Part shown: one piece after another, positions 1 through 20,825 of the stretch | Layout: the number at the start of each line of letters is the position of its first letter | Numbering within the stretch: the stretch's first letter is position 1 | Made by a program: the position numbers and the translations under genes | From: the human T2T-CHM13v2.0 reference genome, Homo sapiens | Reading direction: 5' to 3' (one strand) | NCBI RefSeq assembly: GCF_009914755.1 | Contig: NC_060941.1 | DNA: 64,000 nt | Notes under the pieces: generated by a model | The model's input: the letters and a program-made list of their open reading frames with translations, nothing else | Database searches by the model: none | What the model was told of the DNA's origin: nothing

Positions 1-710
1 CCAAGTCCTCATTTACAGGGTTCAAGTCTTCAAATGATGGGACTGTTCAGTGGTAACACCAAGGGTACAAAAAGTAATCTTACAGCAAACCCAGCAAAGC
101 ACAGAAAACAAAACAAAGATCCGTGGCCCATGGCAGCAAAAATGAACAAATTGTTCCTTTCACCAGACAGAAGACAGTCCTTTGCCTAGATCAGGAGTCA
201 CCCATTCCAGCCAGCAAGCTAGGAATGGGCGTTTTCCATGTTTAAAGGGTGGTGAAATGAAACAAAGAACATGTAACAGAGAATCGTATGATCGCACGCA
301 GCCTGTGGAGCTCGACATCTTCAGTTATCTGGGCCTTTAGAGAAAGAGCTTGCCAACTCCTGGACCAGATCTGCATGCTGAGGGCCTTTGTCTTAAAATA
401 AAACAGAAAACCTGAGGAGGGGGTAGCTGGAGGAATGGTAGAAGTAATAAAAACTTCACAACCACTCTGCTCCCAAGAAAACTCACATTCTACTTTCACT
501 GCGAAGCCACTGATTTTGTTTACCGCAGCACAGACAAAAGGACAATTCACAGATGGGAGGACAATTCCCTCACACCCTCCCTTCCTCGGTGTTCTTCCTG
601 CTTGCTGCAATTATAAAAAATGTAACTGCACAGCAAACCAAAAGGCTGAGGACCGTACTGTGGACTAAAAACTAAGTCTGCCATTAGAGTTGGCTTTCTG
701 GAAAACTTAC

Positions 711-837
711 TTTGAGATGAAAACAGGCTACGATGGGCAGTTTCTTCATAGTGAGCTGCTTTGTGGACTCCTGGTAGCTATGGCAACCGCTGCACTTGAT
801 CTTGGCGCTGCTGCCCAAGTGCTCTGGTCTGGTGAAT
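711..837 (-). CDS. USP22: USP22 exon 9 (127 nt, [18 protein letters not shown]...ACFHLK)
   Basis: Acceptor ctgtag|A and donor AAA|GTAAGT; cumulative CDS length 1230 nt. Confidence 0.97.
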
Positions 838-1084
838 CTACAGGCGTTCAAAAAAGACAGGAGCGGTAAGGGAGATGCAAGAGACAGAAAAATGAGAGGA
901 AAGAGGTATTTTATCTCTTTCATTGGGTTGATTTCCCTACCAAAAACATACACTTACAACTAAAAATGAAACAATGAAAAAAAGAGAAAATGTTGTCCAC
1001 CTTTGCTGCCTGTCTCTACAGAATATTTATCTTAAATATTTTTTTTCCAGGAAAGGCCTGGGGAAATGGTAATAATTTTCTAAG

Positions 1085-1630
1085 TACCATATGACCCAGC
1101 AGTTGAATTTGAGCCAGAGAAATGAAAACTAATGTTCACACACAAACTGTCCACAAATGTGCACCAGAATGTTACTCACGAGAGTCACAAAACTGGAAAC
1201 ACCCCGTTTCTTCCCATGGCTGAATAATTAAAGAAACTGTGGAACACTGTACCATGGAGTATGAGACAGCAGCAAAAAAGGAAGGAACTACTGATCCCAA
1301 GCTGTACCCTGGATGCGTCCCCAGAGAATTAGGATGTGCAAGAAAAGCCAATCTCAAAGGGTTCCGTTATATCATTCAGTTGACATGACATTCTGGAATT
1401 GTCAGGCGTATGGAAATGCAGGAGTCCAGGGTGACTGCGGTTACAGAGTGGGTGGTGAGGGAGGAGGCACTGGAGATGCTGGGTACTTTCCGCATGAATG
1501 TCTGAATCCTGGCCAGGGCGTCGCACCACAGTGCTGAGGAGGTCACCATCGGGGGACCGGGGTAAAGGGTACCTAAAGGCTTCTTACAACTGCATGTGAA
1601 TCTACAATGATCTCAACATAAGCAGTTTAA
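1085..1630 (+). mobile_element. Old L1M 3' fragment
   Basis: taccatatgacccagcagt...aaaactggaaac...atgtgaatctacaat. Confidence 0.6.
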
Positions 1631-1649
1631 TGTAGAGAGGTGAGAGGTC

Positions 1650-3521
<1,872 letters not shown>

Positions 3522-3991
3522 TCACTTTGTAAATATTATTACTTATCCCAAATGAAGCAGTACATGCACAATTTCAAAAACAGCCCTAAGAGTACAGAAC
3601 ATCACAACTAAGTTTTAATCATGTGCAGAGAAGGCCGTGGACCATGGGGAGAGGCCCGGGCGCATCTCAGCTCACACTCCGGGGTAGGTGATTAGTGCAA
3701 GGGCTAAGGGAGCAGCCAGTTTGGCTCTGGGTTCATTTACATGCGGAGGTTGGAGTAGCAGCTGCTGACACTGACACCTGGTGCTGTGCGAAGCTGGGGG
3801 ACAGAAATATTGAGTCATCTGGCCAAAACAAAGGACAAACTAGCACAAGAGACTGCAGCCAATCCAGGCTCATGCTGCACCTTTGCCCAGGCTCTGTCCT
3901 GGGCATGTGAAAGAGCCCTGCTTTGGTCCTGATGGAGCACAGCCTTCTGGCCAGGAGACACGCCCCCGCCGTGTGGGTGCAGGCCTCTCAC

Positions 3992-4150
3992 CGTCGCAGG
4001 CAGTCCGTGAGCGTGGTGGTTCCCGACACGTGGCTTTCCCCGTTTACCACGTTGCCCTCGCTCCCTGGGCTCAGGGGCCAGAATGGGGTGGAAGAGCCGG
4101 GGAGATCCAAGCTGATGTCCCAGAAGGGGTCGATGGTGGTGGAGACTCCA
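3992..4150 (-). CDS. USP22: USP22 exon 8 (159 nt, [16 protein letters not shown]...TLTDCLR)
   Basis: Acceptor ttccag|T and donor CG|GTGAGA; phase 2-2. Confidence 0.97.
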
Positions 4151-4982
4151 CTGGAAGCAGAGGGAAAACAATGGCTGTGAGGACTGACACCCACCCAGCT
4201 CCAGAGGCAACCCGGGGTGGAAGCCGTTCCCACATCCCTTCCCCGCTGTGCCCTTTGTCACAGTGACACTCAGGTGGGATGGGGCAGGAGCAAGAGCAGC
4301 AGTGCTCACACCCAACGTGTCCTGGCTCCCAAGGTGGCCCTGGGGAGGGGTGTGTGTGAACTCGGAAGGCGAGGGGCGCTCCTCAAGCAAGGACTTCCCA
4401 GTCTGGAGACCATCACAGTCACTGAGGGACTTGGGAGGAGGATAAACTCATGGGCCCTGTCAGAGGCTCTGAATCCACAGGTCTATCTCAGCTGCATCTA
4501 GAACTTGGGGCCTGTGACCCTAGGCAACACTGGAGACCCCTGCACATTTCACAGAGCGTGCCCAGGCCAGGCCCGGTGGCCTGCACTGGACAGTCAATGC
4601 TGCATTTCACAAGGCCAGTTCCTTGCTAGAAATTTATTTAACAATATAAAAAATGAAAACTTGCAGACTGGGAAATTTACTCTCGATATTTATACAGGAT
4701 TTAAATCTTGAGACAATCTCCTACTAATGGAATTCAGTAGTTAAGGGACAGCGAGGAGGTCCAAATTGCTCAGAGCAAACTCGGTTTCTAATACTCAGAG
4801 ACAAGGCCCCAAACGGTCTATGCTCCTTATAGAAAATGGCCCCCGTGACACAGGCAGCACTGGCCTTTCCCGATATTTGCTCGTCTTATGCAGTTTAGAA
4901 GTGACAGTCCATTTCGGGTTCTGAAATAATTTCGGTGGATCATGTCCAGGGTTTTTAAACTTCAACTGAAGTAAAGAACAGA

Positions 4983-5127
4983 GCCAGGCACGGTGGCCCA
5001 TGCCTGTAGTCCCAGCTACTTGGGAGGCTAAGGAGGGAGGATCGCTTGAGCCCATGGGTTCAAGGCCAGCCTGGGCAACATACACAAGACCCCATGCCTG
5101 AAAAAAACAAAAACAAAAACAAAAAAC
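4983..5127 (+). mobile_element. Free Alu monomer (FLAM-like)
   Basis: Single arm followed by an A-rich tail. Confidence 0.8.
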
Positions 5128-5669
5128 CTGTAGCATGCACTGAGGTTGGGTGAGAGGGTCCCCTGACCTAACAAAGCAATGGATTCTCCCTGCACTCAAC
5201 ACTTGAGGCTCTAAGCAGAGACCACATCTGAGAAGAATTAGGGCCACTACATCAGAAAATGGAACCAGAAACCATAAAATAATGAAAACTAACACACTTC
5301 GAAGCACGTAGAAAAACAATCCACCATGCATGATCCACGCCTTCTTGAAGAGGGCTCTTTCACTTGGTCCCTGGTCAAGGACTGTAAGATGCAAAATGGT
5401 AGGGGAAGCTTCCAAGAACACACTGCTGGCTGTAGACAACAGCCAAGACCTCAACACGAAGGGCTCGCATCCCGAGGGGACACCTGCCCTACGACCTCCC
5501 CAAGAGGAAGCACCCCCACCCCACAACCTTCGCTCTCATGGCGTCTATTAATCATTTATCTCATAGCCTCCTTAAAGACCTCTCAGAGCACACACAGCTC
5601 TGGAGACTGGGAGGATGTCAGTACGGCCCCAGAGGGTTTGATATTGCCGAGCACGCAGCCTCTCACTTA

Positions 5670-5801
<132 letters not shown>

Positions 5802-6626
5802 TTAGTGTCTCCCCAAATATGGGGAGTCTCTAAGGGAAGAGCAGTTCACCCTGCAGAAGCCTGGGGGAGCCAGGGCCAACGCTTTAAAAGGCCATGTGAG
5901 GACACTCCTCATTTTAGCAGAGGGTGTCCTTGTTATTTTAATATGACGAGAAATCACAGCACTTGGATTTTCAATGCTCCTTTTTCTCATTCCCTAACAA
6001 GAGCCCCACAGCTTCAGTCTTGCCAAGAAAACCCACCTAATGCCCAGTGACTGAGCAGAATAATCGATTCCCATTATCATATAAAGAATGACTGAATCAA
6101 TATTGTTCCAGTGAGACAGCTGAACATATGGTGGGCCAGGTACACCCGGGGAAGCCCCAGCAACCTCCCTCCCTGAGTAGGTATCATGGTGCCCCAAGTT
6201 CAGAAAGTGACACCGCAGGACACAGGCTGTCCTCATCAGCTAGAGCCCCCAGGGGACAGCGTGTCTTCCAGTCAGTTGCATCTGGAAGTGCCACTCCCAC
6301 CCTCTCTATTCAATACACACTTCATTCATATCCATGTGTGCAGATCTGTGAAAAAGAAACTTAAGTAGCAGAACTTAATTCGTGTGTGGAATACATATTC
6401 TACATAACTTCACTAGACAGTGGGGACAGGGCACGAGGACACCTGTATATACATCACAGTTCAAAGACGTTGAATCATGACAGAGGAATAGAGAAGGGCC
6501 ACTAAGTCTTCTGAGAGCAGAAGGTTTAAGATTAGAGAGAAAAATGCTTCCCAGAGGGATCTCAAATTCATGGGACAAAATTCAGAGGACAAGAATATCC
6601 ATACAGGAAGGCGCAAAGAATGATGA

Positions 6627-7117
<491 letters not shown>

Positions 7118-7696
7118 TCATGTGAACATTTAACAGCAATGCATTTTTGAACAAGTGATTTTTAGAACATCTTTCTGCTGCTTACAGAAGGCTCTTCGTT
7201 ATTCTCACTAGGTGCTTGGGGTAACAGCATAGTCACTTCCACAGTGGCTCTTTCCTCTCTTATAAATCATACTAGGACATGAAATTCTACCTAAGCTACT
7301 AAGTAACTTTCCTTTGATTTCTAGGTAAGAATTAAAAGGATCACGTAGTTTTTCAGAGGAAAAAAAGTAAGTACCAAAAGAAAACAGAACCCAAAGTCAC
7401 ATTTGACCAAAACCAGCCATTTTAGCTCAACTGTGGGTTGTTTCTGGGCTGTGATCTCAGAACCCATAGGTTGTACGTAAGCGCCTAGGGCCCGGGTGCA
7501 CAGCCTTGAGACGGATGAGAAGCGATGGGAAGGCCAGCCCACCAAGCTGTTCAACTCGGTGAACCGTCAGAACAGGACTCTGTTCTCTAAAAGACTCCAA
7601 GTTAAAATTAACTGATAGGATATCGGCTACAACTAGCTGTGCCAGCCCAGAGACCACAGGAAACTCACAAGCAGCCAGGTGCCCTGTGACCTGAGC

Positions 7697-7867
7697 GCAT
7701 GGGTTCTCAGAGTATGGCATCTGAACCAGCGGCATCAACATCAGCTGGGAACTGATTAAGAGTGAAGAAGCCCCTGCCCCCCACAGATCTGCTGAATCAG
7801 AAACGCCAGCACGGGCTTTAGGAAGACCTGCAAGTGACCAGCCCACACTCATCTGAGAATCACCTCT
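7697..7867. mobile_element. MER5A-like DNA transposon
   Basis: ttctcagagt...gcatcaacatcagctgggaact...tgctgaatcagaaac...tgagaatcac. Confidence 0.65.
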
Positions 7868-8592
7868 CAGTCTCTCTGCCTGTATGGATAGACTTCAGCT
7901 GCAGGTCCCTCACACTGGGATCTCCACCATGAGGAGTGGGGAGGAGCCGATCTTGGCTCAAGTCATTCATTCCCAGCCTCCCACCTCCAGCGCTAAGAGC
8001 TGCCCCTGCCAACTACCAACACCACACAACTCTGAAAAATCATCAGGGTACCACCCTGGGGCCAGGCTGTGGGACTATGTTGGGGGAGATGGCCCAGGTC
8101 CAATGAGACCCCAAGAGAAGCTTTGCTCGTCCTGTGTCCCAGCTCTCTGGCTATTTCAGAGCAACCATCAGTCCTTTTGGAGAGTCCCCAATGGGAAGGA
8201 GACAGTTGGGTGATTAAGTTGTGTTTGGGGGATGTCCAGAAGCCTCAGGCCTGATAACCCACAGGGTCCCAGAAATGCCAGGGCAGGCAGGGGCCTCAAA
8301 GCACAGGCCCAAGAGGGCTCCAAGAGTTTGCTGTTCACTGTGATCGGTCACTGAGGACCTGTCATACTGCTGGAACTACTTCCTCGCCTCTTAAAAATAA
8401 ACTAGGAGGAGCCTCTCTGAGGTCATTAGTTATGGTGACTTCAGAAACAAATGACGACAAGGGCTATGATGACAAAACAATGGAATGTGTCACCTGTGCC
8501 CCTTTTTGCACGAGTGCATACACTCGCTTTGCTTCCTTCCCCTTCAAGGAAAACATCCTGCCCTGGTGGAGGGTGCAGAGCCCAGGGCCCAC

Positions 8593-8740
8593 CTTTGCAG
8601 TGTCGGTGGAGCACGTCCAGGGCCGCGATGAGGAACTCGTGGGCGTCCTGCTGCTCGTAGCCTGCTAGGTGCCTCGCGTGGGTCCACACCAGGTGCAGCA
8701 ACTTATACGGGATGTGAGGGGACCGGTGTCCAGAGTAAAA
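8593..8740 (-). CDS. USP22: USP22 exon 6 (148 nt, FYSGHRSPH...QQDAHEF...HCK)
   Basis: Acceptor tggcag|TTT and donor G|GTGGGC; contains the USP QQDAxEF box. Confidence 0.98.
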
Positions 8741-9299
8741 CTGCCAGAGGGCGGGGAAGGAAACCTTGTCAGGAATAAATGTAGACTCTGAACACAGAGT
8801 ACACACAATCAAAACCTTTATCAGATGCCTACCATTGGCTGTGGCTCATTTGACACAAATGTTTGGATTTTACTTTTCTACTTTTTGCAAAGTCTATTTT
8901 TATCTGGGCTCACTGGACTTTTCGAGTCCTCATATGAATTTTTTCCTTTCTACCATCTAGTTTTCCACATATAAGCCTAAAAAATGAATTATGACTTGCT
9001 ACTATGAGATCACATGCAAATAAAAGTGACTCGATTTGCCCAATACTAGTTTCCTCAAAGCACTAGCCAAACCACTCAGGCCCATGGACACCAGCACCTC
9101 CGCAAAGGGAAGCACATCACTGTGATTATGCAGAATTCACCAGCATCAGCCACAGGATTCTCTGCCTCTGAGGCTAATGGCAATTAGCTGAGGGCTTGCC
9201 AGCCAGTCCTCTCCAACAGCTCAACTCCAGCCGCAGACCCAGCAGCACACCTTCCATCCCACGGCTTCCTCCCCAGGTCAGAACCCACAGAGGGGTCTT

Positions 9300-9780
9300 G
9301 CCTGTGCAAATACAGAATTCAGGGCAGTTTTATTTCTCATCAAAAAACCCAAAACCACAGACCACCCAAATGTGTCTGAACTGGGAAACAGACAACTAAA
9401 CCATAACCCATCTACATAATGGAACCCAACTCAGACATCGAAAGCACACATCATGGATGCACGCAAGACACGGGTGAATCCACCCAGTATTACATTAAGT
9501 AGGGACAGCCAGATTCAGAAAGGCTACTTCCTGCATGCATCCATCCGTATGATGCGCTGGTAAAGGACACTCAAGGGACCGAAGACAGATCGGCAGCTAC
9601 CAGGGTCTGGGGACTGGGGGTTGACTTCGGAGGGGCACGAGGGAGTTCGGAGAGGTAACAGTTCTTCATCTTGAGTAGCAGCAGTTACACAACTATGCAT
9701 TCGTCGAAACTCATCTATCTATAGGCTAGAAGGTGGGTGTGACTGTAATTTACACCTTAACAAGCCGGAGTCTAAAAACA
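9300..9780 (+). mobile_element. Old L1ME-type 3' fragment
   Basis: cccaaatgt...acataatggaa...gtaatttacaccttaacaa. Confidence 0.55.
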
Positions 9781-9925
9781 ATCTAACACAAGTGAGCTTA
9801 TCACTAAAGTCAGTGATACAACCACCCACCAACTTCCCAGCTGCACCCTCCTTTCTCCTATTTGGGCCGTGTCCCCAGCAGTTATGGCACATTGCAGGTA
9901 CTTTGAGGAAATCGGTTAGGCTCGA

Positions 9926-10080
9926 CCAGAGGCTGGCAATCTGTTTTTGAAAGGCTTGGACAGTAAATAATTTCAGCTTTGCAGGTTGGATAGCCTCTGT
10001 CCAACTGCTCAACTCTGTGGCTGTCCCACAAAAGCGACCAGTGACCAGACAGACATGAGTGAGCTGGCGTGGCTGCATCT
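9926..10080 (+). mobile_element. MER58A-like DNA transposon fragment
   Basis: cagtaaataatttcagctttgcaggt...actgctcaactctg. Confidence 0.6.
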
Positions 10081-10782
10081 CTCGCAGAGGTTACGAATGG
10101 GAACAGGCCAGGGCTGTTGGCTGGCTCCTGTGCAAGGCACCTGAAGAACAGGCACCAGCCTGCTTATTAGTTGAGGTAACTGAGCTGCTTCAGCTCTGAG
10201 AAGCATGTCTAGGTCACGGAGCCGGTGAGGGCTGAGGCGGCAGCCGTGAACGCCTTGCTCTGAACGCTGCCATGCTCTGATGCCGGGGACAGAAGTGGAC
10301 AGGAACGCCACACGTGCAGCCCACAGGAACAGCCAACGTGCAGCGCGTAGCTCATGAGGACAGAGGCTCTGATGGGGCATGCTTAGAGAGACCTGGCGGT
10401 GGAGGAGACTCGCATACCAGGAGGACACAGGAGGGTGACACATGCGTGCCTTTCTGAGCCAGGAAGGTAGACCATGGAGGAAGAGGAAGGGGGAGAATCA
10501 CCCGTCTTTAGAGACAAATGTCACCCACCAGGGAAGTCTCTGCCACAAGCCTCTCAAAGGGCTTCTCCTTGTTCTGAGTCAGCAGTGCGTCCCCAAAAAT
10601 CACGCCAGGTCTTCCCTTTTTGGAAAACTGTGTTTTCCATAATAGACATGTATATTAAACATTAACTTACTACAAAAGGTTCTAAATGTATCTTCCTTTA
10701 TCATGGTCCACCTTAAATTTTTTTTTTGAAGGTGAAAACAAAGTAACAGAAATGTTCCCCTGCAGAAGTCAATGGCGCTCAC

Positions 10783-10952
10783 CTCCTGAAACAGTGAGGA
10801 CATCTCACAGACCAGACAGGAGCTGGGGCTCTGCATCTCACAGCGGTGCCTGTCAGACAGGAAGAAGTCCCGCAGAAGTGGCGTGTGGGTCAGGGCCTGC
10901 ACGATGCAGTTCATGAAGCATGTGTTCCCAAGGTTGATCAGCCCACGCAGAC
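10783..10952 (-). CDS. USP22: USP22 exon 5 (170 nt, Cys box [12 protein letters not shown]; catalytic Cys185 codon at 10920-10918)
   Basis: Acceptor gtccag|GT and donor GAG|GTGAGC; canonical USP Cys-box motif. Confidence 0.98.
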
Positions 10953-11276
10953 CTGGACACAAATCACCAGAGAGCAGGAGTTACCTGTGTGCTGAACCAC
11001 AGGTGTCGCTGGATCCCAGCGGCTTCCTCTACCTCTACATACTCATTTTCTTTTATTCATTCATTCAAGCCAGAACACGATGAGATATCGCATTCTGCTA
11101 GTTTTTATGCCACTTTTACATGAACGGTATTGAAGAATGTCCACCACCATGGACCCCTCCCACTTCAGCCATTGTATGCTTTGACAGAATTACACAAATA
11201 TAGTTTCTACGACAACAGGCCAGGTCAGAGTGAAGCCTAATGAACAAACAAAACAGGTTTTTAAAAATGTTCTAGG

Positions 11277-11556
11277 GCCAGGGCAGGGGCTCATACTTGT
11301 AACCCAGCACTCTGGGAAGCCAAGGCATGAGGATCACTGGAGCCCAGGAGTTCGAGACCAGCCTGGGCAACACGGTGAGATGTCTCTACGCAAAACACAA
11401 AAATTATCCAAACATGGTGGTGTGCACCTGCAATCCCAGCTACTTGGGAGGCTGAGGTGGAAGGATCGCTTGGGCCCAGGAGACAGAGGGTGCAGTGAAC
11501 TGTGCTCCAGCCTGGGCAACAGAGCAAGACTCTGTCTCAAAAAAGAAAAAGAAAAA
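11277..11556 (+). mobile_element. AluJ-like
   Basis: Diverged dimer. Confidence 0.9.
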
Positions 11557-11924
11557 GTTTTAAAGGGTATTCCCTCAATTTGTAGAAAATTCAGCGAACA
11601 CTTACACTCACACACATCATTTCTCTCCCTGAAGATTACTGTGCCCAGCCTCACCCTGGCCAAAATCAACTTGAGTCCCTTTACCCACACAGACGCTGAA
11701 GGCTGTGAGGGCAGGGCTGTTGCTACGCATCACTCTGCGCCCCAAGCCCACTGCAGGTCCCTGCAGAGAACAGGTGCTCAAGAGCTGGTTGCTGAGCACA
11801 TTGATGAGTGACAGTTATGCAGGGCTTCAACAGAATCATGTGGACTTAAGAAACCCACAATTCTGTATTTACTTTTAAACCCTGGAAAGAAGCCTAGCTG
11901 AGAGTGACGACACGCTCCACCCAC

Positions 11925-12026
11925 CTATGGTGCAGTTCGAGGTGATCTTTCTCCTTTTCGGGTTGTGCTTCAGCAGTTCAAGCTCCCGTTTGGTTGGTTC
12001 CCAAGTTGAAAACTTCTCTCCAACGC
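11925..12026 (-). CDS. USP22: USP22 exon 4 (102 nt, [34 protein letters not shown], basic NLS-like KRRK)
   Basis: Acceptor gcttag|GC and donor G|GTGGGT; read by hand because it is absent from the ORF track; phase 1-1. Confidence 0.96.
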
Positions 12027-13085
12027 CTAAGCAGATGAAGGACAGTTCCAAGCGCTATTAGCTAGATTTTCACATCAAGTGTGTTTACACATAAAAGCTG
12101 TGGCGCTATGCTGTCTGTCAGGGTGCATTTCAGTGAGCAACATCCACAGCACCAGGGCTTTCTCAAACTCTACTGTGCTGAGAGGGGCTACACACAACAC
12201 TTAAAGGAGCTTCTCACAGAGGGTATGAGGATGTGAGCTACGTTTCCTGCAAGAAAAGCAGCACCTCCAGTCAAAACTACCCCAACGCCAATGCCAAAAC
12301 AGTTGTTTTTCAAATGTCTTCCATCCTTCAGCACAGAGATGGCAGCATCAGCACCAATGGGAACTTACATGAAGGATTCTCCCGCAAACAAGTGAAATTG
12401 AAGGAGAGAGCTTGCACTTTTCAGCAAACTGAAATAGCATAAACTCAGCGTCGAGTTACCAAACTAAGATAGATCCAACAGTTAAAAACGTGTGTGCCAC
12501 AAAATATTCAGAGAGTGGTGGTAAATGCTAATTGGCATAGTATTCCATTCAACGCACACCCTATGCGCTCAGAAGTACTTGTTCCATGCCAACCAACATT
12601 TCTGAATACTTCAAAATACTTTAAAAGACACAGCATGTTGGATAGACAGAATTATAAAATGATTCTAGAAGAATTCCATTTTAATCCTGGACATACATTT
12701 CTTAGGCCCGTGCTTTAAGTGCTCTGCACAGAATAATACACCCACACTTAGTCACAATGTTATTAAATTTCTGAGAGGGAAAAGAACAGCGAACACAAGT
12801 CAGAGATTGCTCTCCAGAGAAGACTTGTTAAACACAAATAATTCTGCTCACTGAAAGAGCCCCTGTTGCTATTCTTCCCTTCTCAAAACACTGGGGTGTT
12901 TTCAATGGAGAGTAATCAAGGCAAGAATGTAAAACAGGTGTCAGGTTCATATGTTTCCTTTGCAAACAGTGATGGCTTTGCTACCAGGGAGATCAGATGC
13001 TCACCTGTCAACTGGGGTAAACCACACCTGTCACTATGTCACTATCACTGTCAACCACTATGAGCATCTGTCAGAATCAAAAACC

Positions 13086-13111
13086 AAAAAAAAAAAAAAA
13101 AAAAAAAAAAA
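13086..13111 (+). repeat. A26 homopolymer (poly-U in USP22 pre-mRNA) not attached to a recognisable Alu or L1
   Basis: Direct read. Confidence 0.9.
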
Positions 13112-13321
13112 GGAAAAAAAACTCAGGGAAGCCAAGAAGAAATAAAAAATAAAGAAAATGACTGCATGTTTGCTCCTCTCACTCTGTGTAGCCAATAACC
13201 AGTGTGTGTGGCCACACGGTGGCGACGGCAAGTGCAAAACCCACACTGGTGCGAGAGCCCTGAGGGCAGCTCACAAGATGGCAAGGATCTGACTGTGCAG
13301 TGGGGCTGCTGGGAGACTCTC

Positions 13322-13381
13322 CTAGTTTCCTTCTGGTGGGTCTAGTTTCCATCTGGTGGGTCTAGTTTCCATCTGGTGGGT
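13322..13381. repeat. 20-bp tandem repeat x 3
   Basis: CTAGTTTCC(T/A)TCTGGTGGGT three times with one mismatch. Confidence 0.95.
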
Positions 13382-13954
13382 GCACGCTGTTGACATGGAT
13401 TTAACATCACCCAAACAGTCCAGAGTTTTAAAAGAGATTCTACCACAACTTGATCCGAAAATAGTCTGCTCTCCTGGGAGGAAGGAGGTATGTTTACATA
13501 TAACATTACTGCAAAGAGATCGCTTGCTAGAATTCGGCAGAGCTGAGGGCAAACCACTCAGGGATGTCCAGATACGGAGTCACCTGTCCCCGAGAGGTGT
13601 GACCTCGCCACACTCGTTCAGCCCCACATCTGCAGGTGCGCCCTGGGAGAGCTTAAGTAATGCTGGGGTTGTTCCCTTGGCCCAGCTGCAGGCCCATGGG
13701 GGACCTGCAAGGGAAGCACCCTGGAAGTGGTCCCAAGCACACGGGCAGCTATGCATGCCTCGACACTAGCCACCTCCCCTGTCATGCAGAGCTTCAGCTG
13801 ACTCCACTGTGGGCCTTAGGGGAAGGTGGGGACGGCCTCTTCCCACCAGCCTGCCACTTCCCACCTAGGTACTTCTCTTTCTCCTACTGGGTCTGCCCTT
13901 GATGGACATGAGGGAACTGCAGGATCAAGCAGGTAAACTGAGGTGGAACCAAAC

Positions 13955-14068
13955 CTTGCATTTTCCAAGCTTTTCGCTGCTCCTCCTTGGCGATTATTTC
14001 CATGTCTTTGTCATAGATGTAGTCCTGGCACAGAAAACAGTAGATGCCTCCGTACATCAGATCAATGG
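13955..14068 (-). CDS. USP22: USP22 exon 3 (114 nt, AIDLMYGGIYCFLCQD...AWKMQ)
   Basis: Acceptor ctcctcag|CC and donor G|GTTTGG; phase 1-1. Confidence 0.97.
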
Positions 14069-14643
14069 CTGAGGAGAGAAAGGAGGGAGGAGAAACCAAG
14101 TTGAATTAAAAACCACAATGGAAGGCTGGAGGGCAGAGTTAAACACAGTGAGGTTCTGTAGATACTGACTGTTCACAGCACCTTCCTATTCACAAGCAGG
14201 GAAGCCAGTCCAGCGGAGTCTCCTATCCTGAGCAGGTGAGGGGCATGCACTGTGTTTGGCAGCTCATGCCCAGGGCTGAGGTGTCTTAAAAAACAGAGGC
14301 GACCCATACATACTTTTCAAAGCAGCCAATACTCCAGGATCAGGACCTCTGCCACCTTCTCTGAATGCGTGGTATTTAAAACTGGTACAACTGCATTGGA
14401 TATTTTCAGTCCTGGCCACCTGACACGGAGTGACTATGCTTCCCTCCATCTAGAATTCCTGACACCATCACCATAAAGAATGTGGCAGCAACTTGCTGTG
14501 ACTTTTGTGGTTGGCGGCATTTGCTACTCTTACCTTAAGTACAGGGGGAAAATAGTTTCTCATCGGATGACTTTGATTGACATCTTGACCCAGAGCTGCC
14601 TGAAGGTGGGTCTTCTACCACAATTTCTCAACTGCATCTTCTA

Positions 14644-16508
<1,865 letters not shown>

Positions 16509-16559
16509 TTGGGAGAGTGGGGCTTAAATCCACGTGATGTCAGACACCCGGGAGGCAGC

Positions 16560-16760
16560 GAAGCACAGAGGAAAGACCATGGATTGAGAGTAACTGGCAC
16601 CAGCCCTCACTATGCCACCTGCCAGCTGTGCACCTTTCATCAATTACTCCACACCTCTGAGCCTCAGTTTCCCCTGCGGTAAGATGCTGATAGCAACGGT
16701 ACTAGTGCTTCCCAGAGCTGTGTGATGATTAGGTTAGTATATAACTTAAGTGCATCCCCG
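16560..16760 (+). mobile_element. MIR
   Basis: acctctgagcctcagtttcccc core. Confidence 0.6.
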
Positions 16761-17289
16761 GATAAACAGGGAAGTCTTGGAACACCACAGTTTTATTCTA
16801 TTTCAGGTCTTAAGCTACTACGACTTATATTGTGGTAAATCTTTGAAGTCTTCCAAAGCAGATCTGTTGAAACTCAAAACAGCAGTTTAAGATTCCCAGG
16901 GCTACCTTCTGCCCTACTCAAAAAATTCACAAAATGCCAACAACGATGTTAAAATCCTGGTGGGAGCTGTCGCAGAGCTCAGCCATCAACCTTTGCCACT
17001 TCCTGTTCATCAGCAGTACAGCCCCAGCACATGGACGTCACAGAGAAATCCTGACAGAGACAAGTTTACAATAAGGGTGATGAGAATTTACAGTAAGGCC
17101 AAGATATCCCGTGAAAAACAGCCCACACATGTAGCTGACAACAAAAACTCTAGCCTGGGAAGACGGATCACCATTCCAGTGCCTATGTAAATCCTTCTAG
17201 ATTTAGGCCTTCTTTAAGACGCCTTCACACTGCAACGCTCCCACTGCATAAAACCAACCGACATCCACAAGGCATCAGGACCATTTGAG

Positions 17290-20825
<3,536 letters not shown>

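Noticed and set aside
4795-5526. 243-aa minus-strand ORF with a hydrophobic stretch
   Set aside because: It is intronic, non-ATG-started, crosses an Alu monomer, and its hydrophobicity reflects T-richness.
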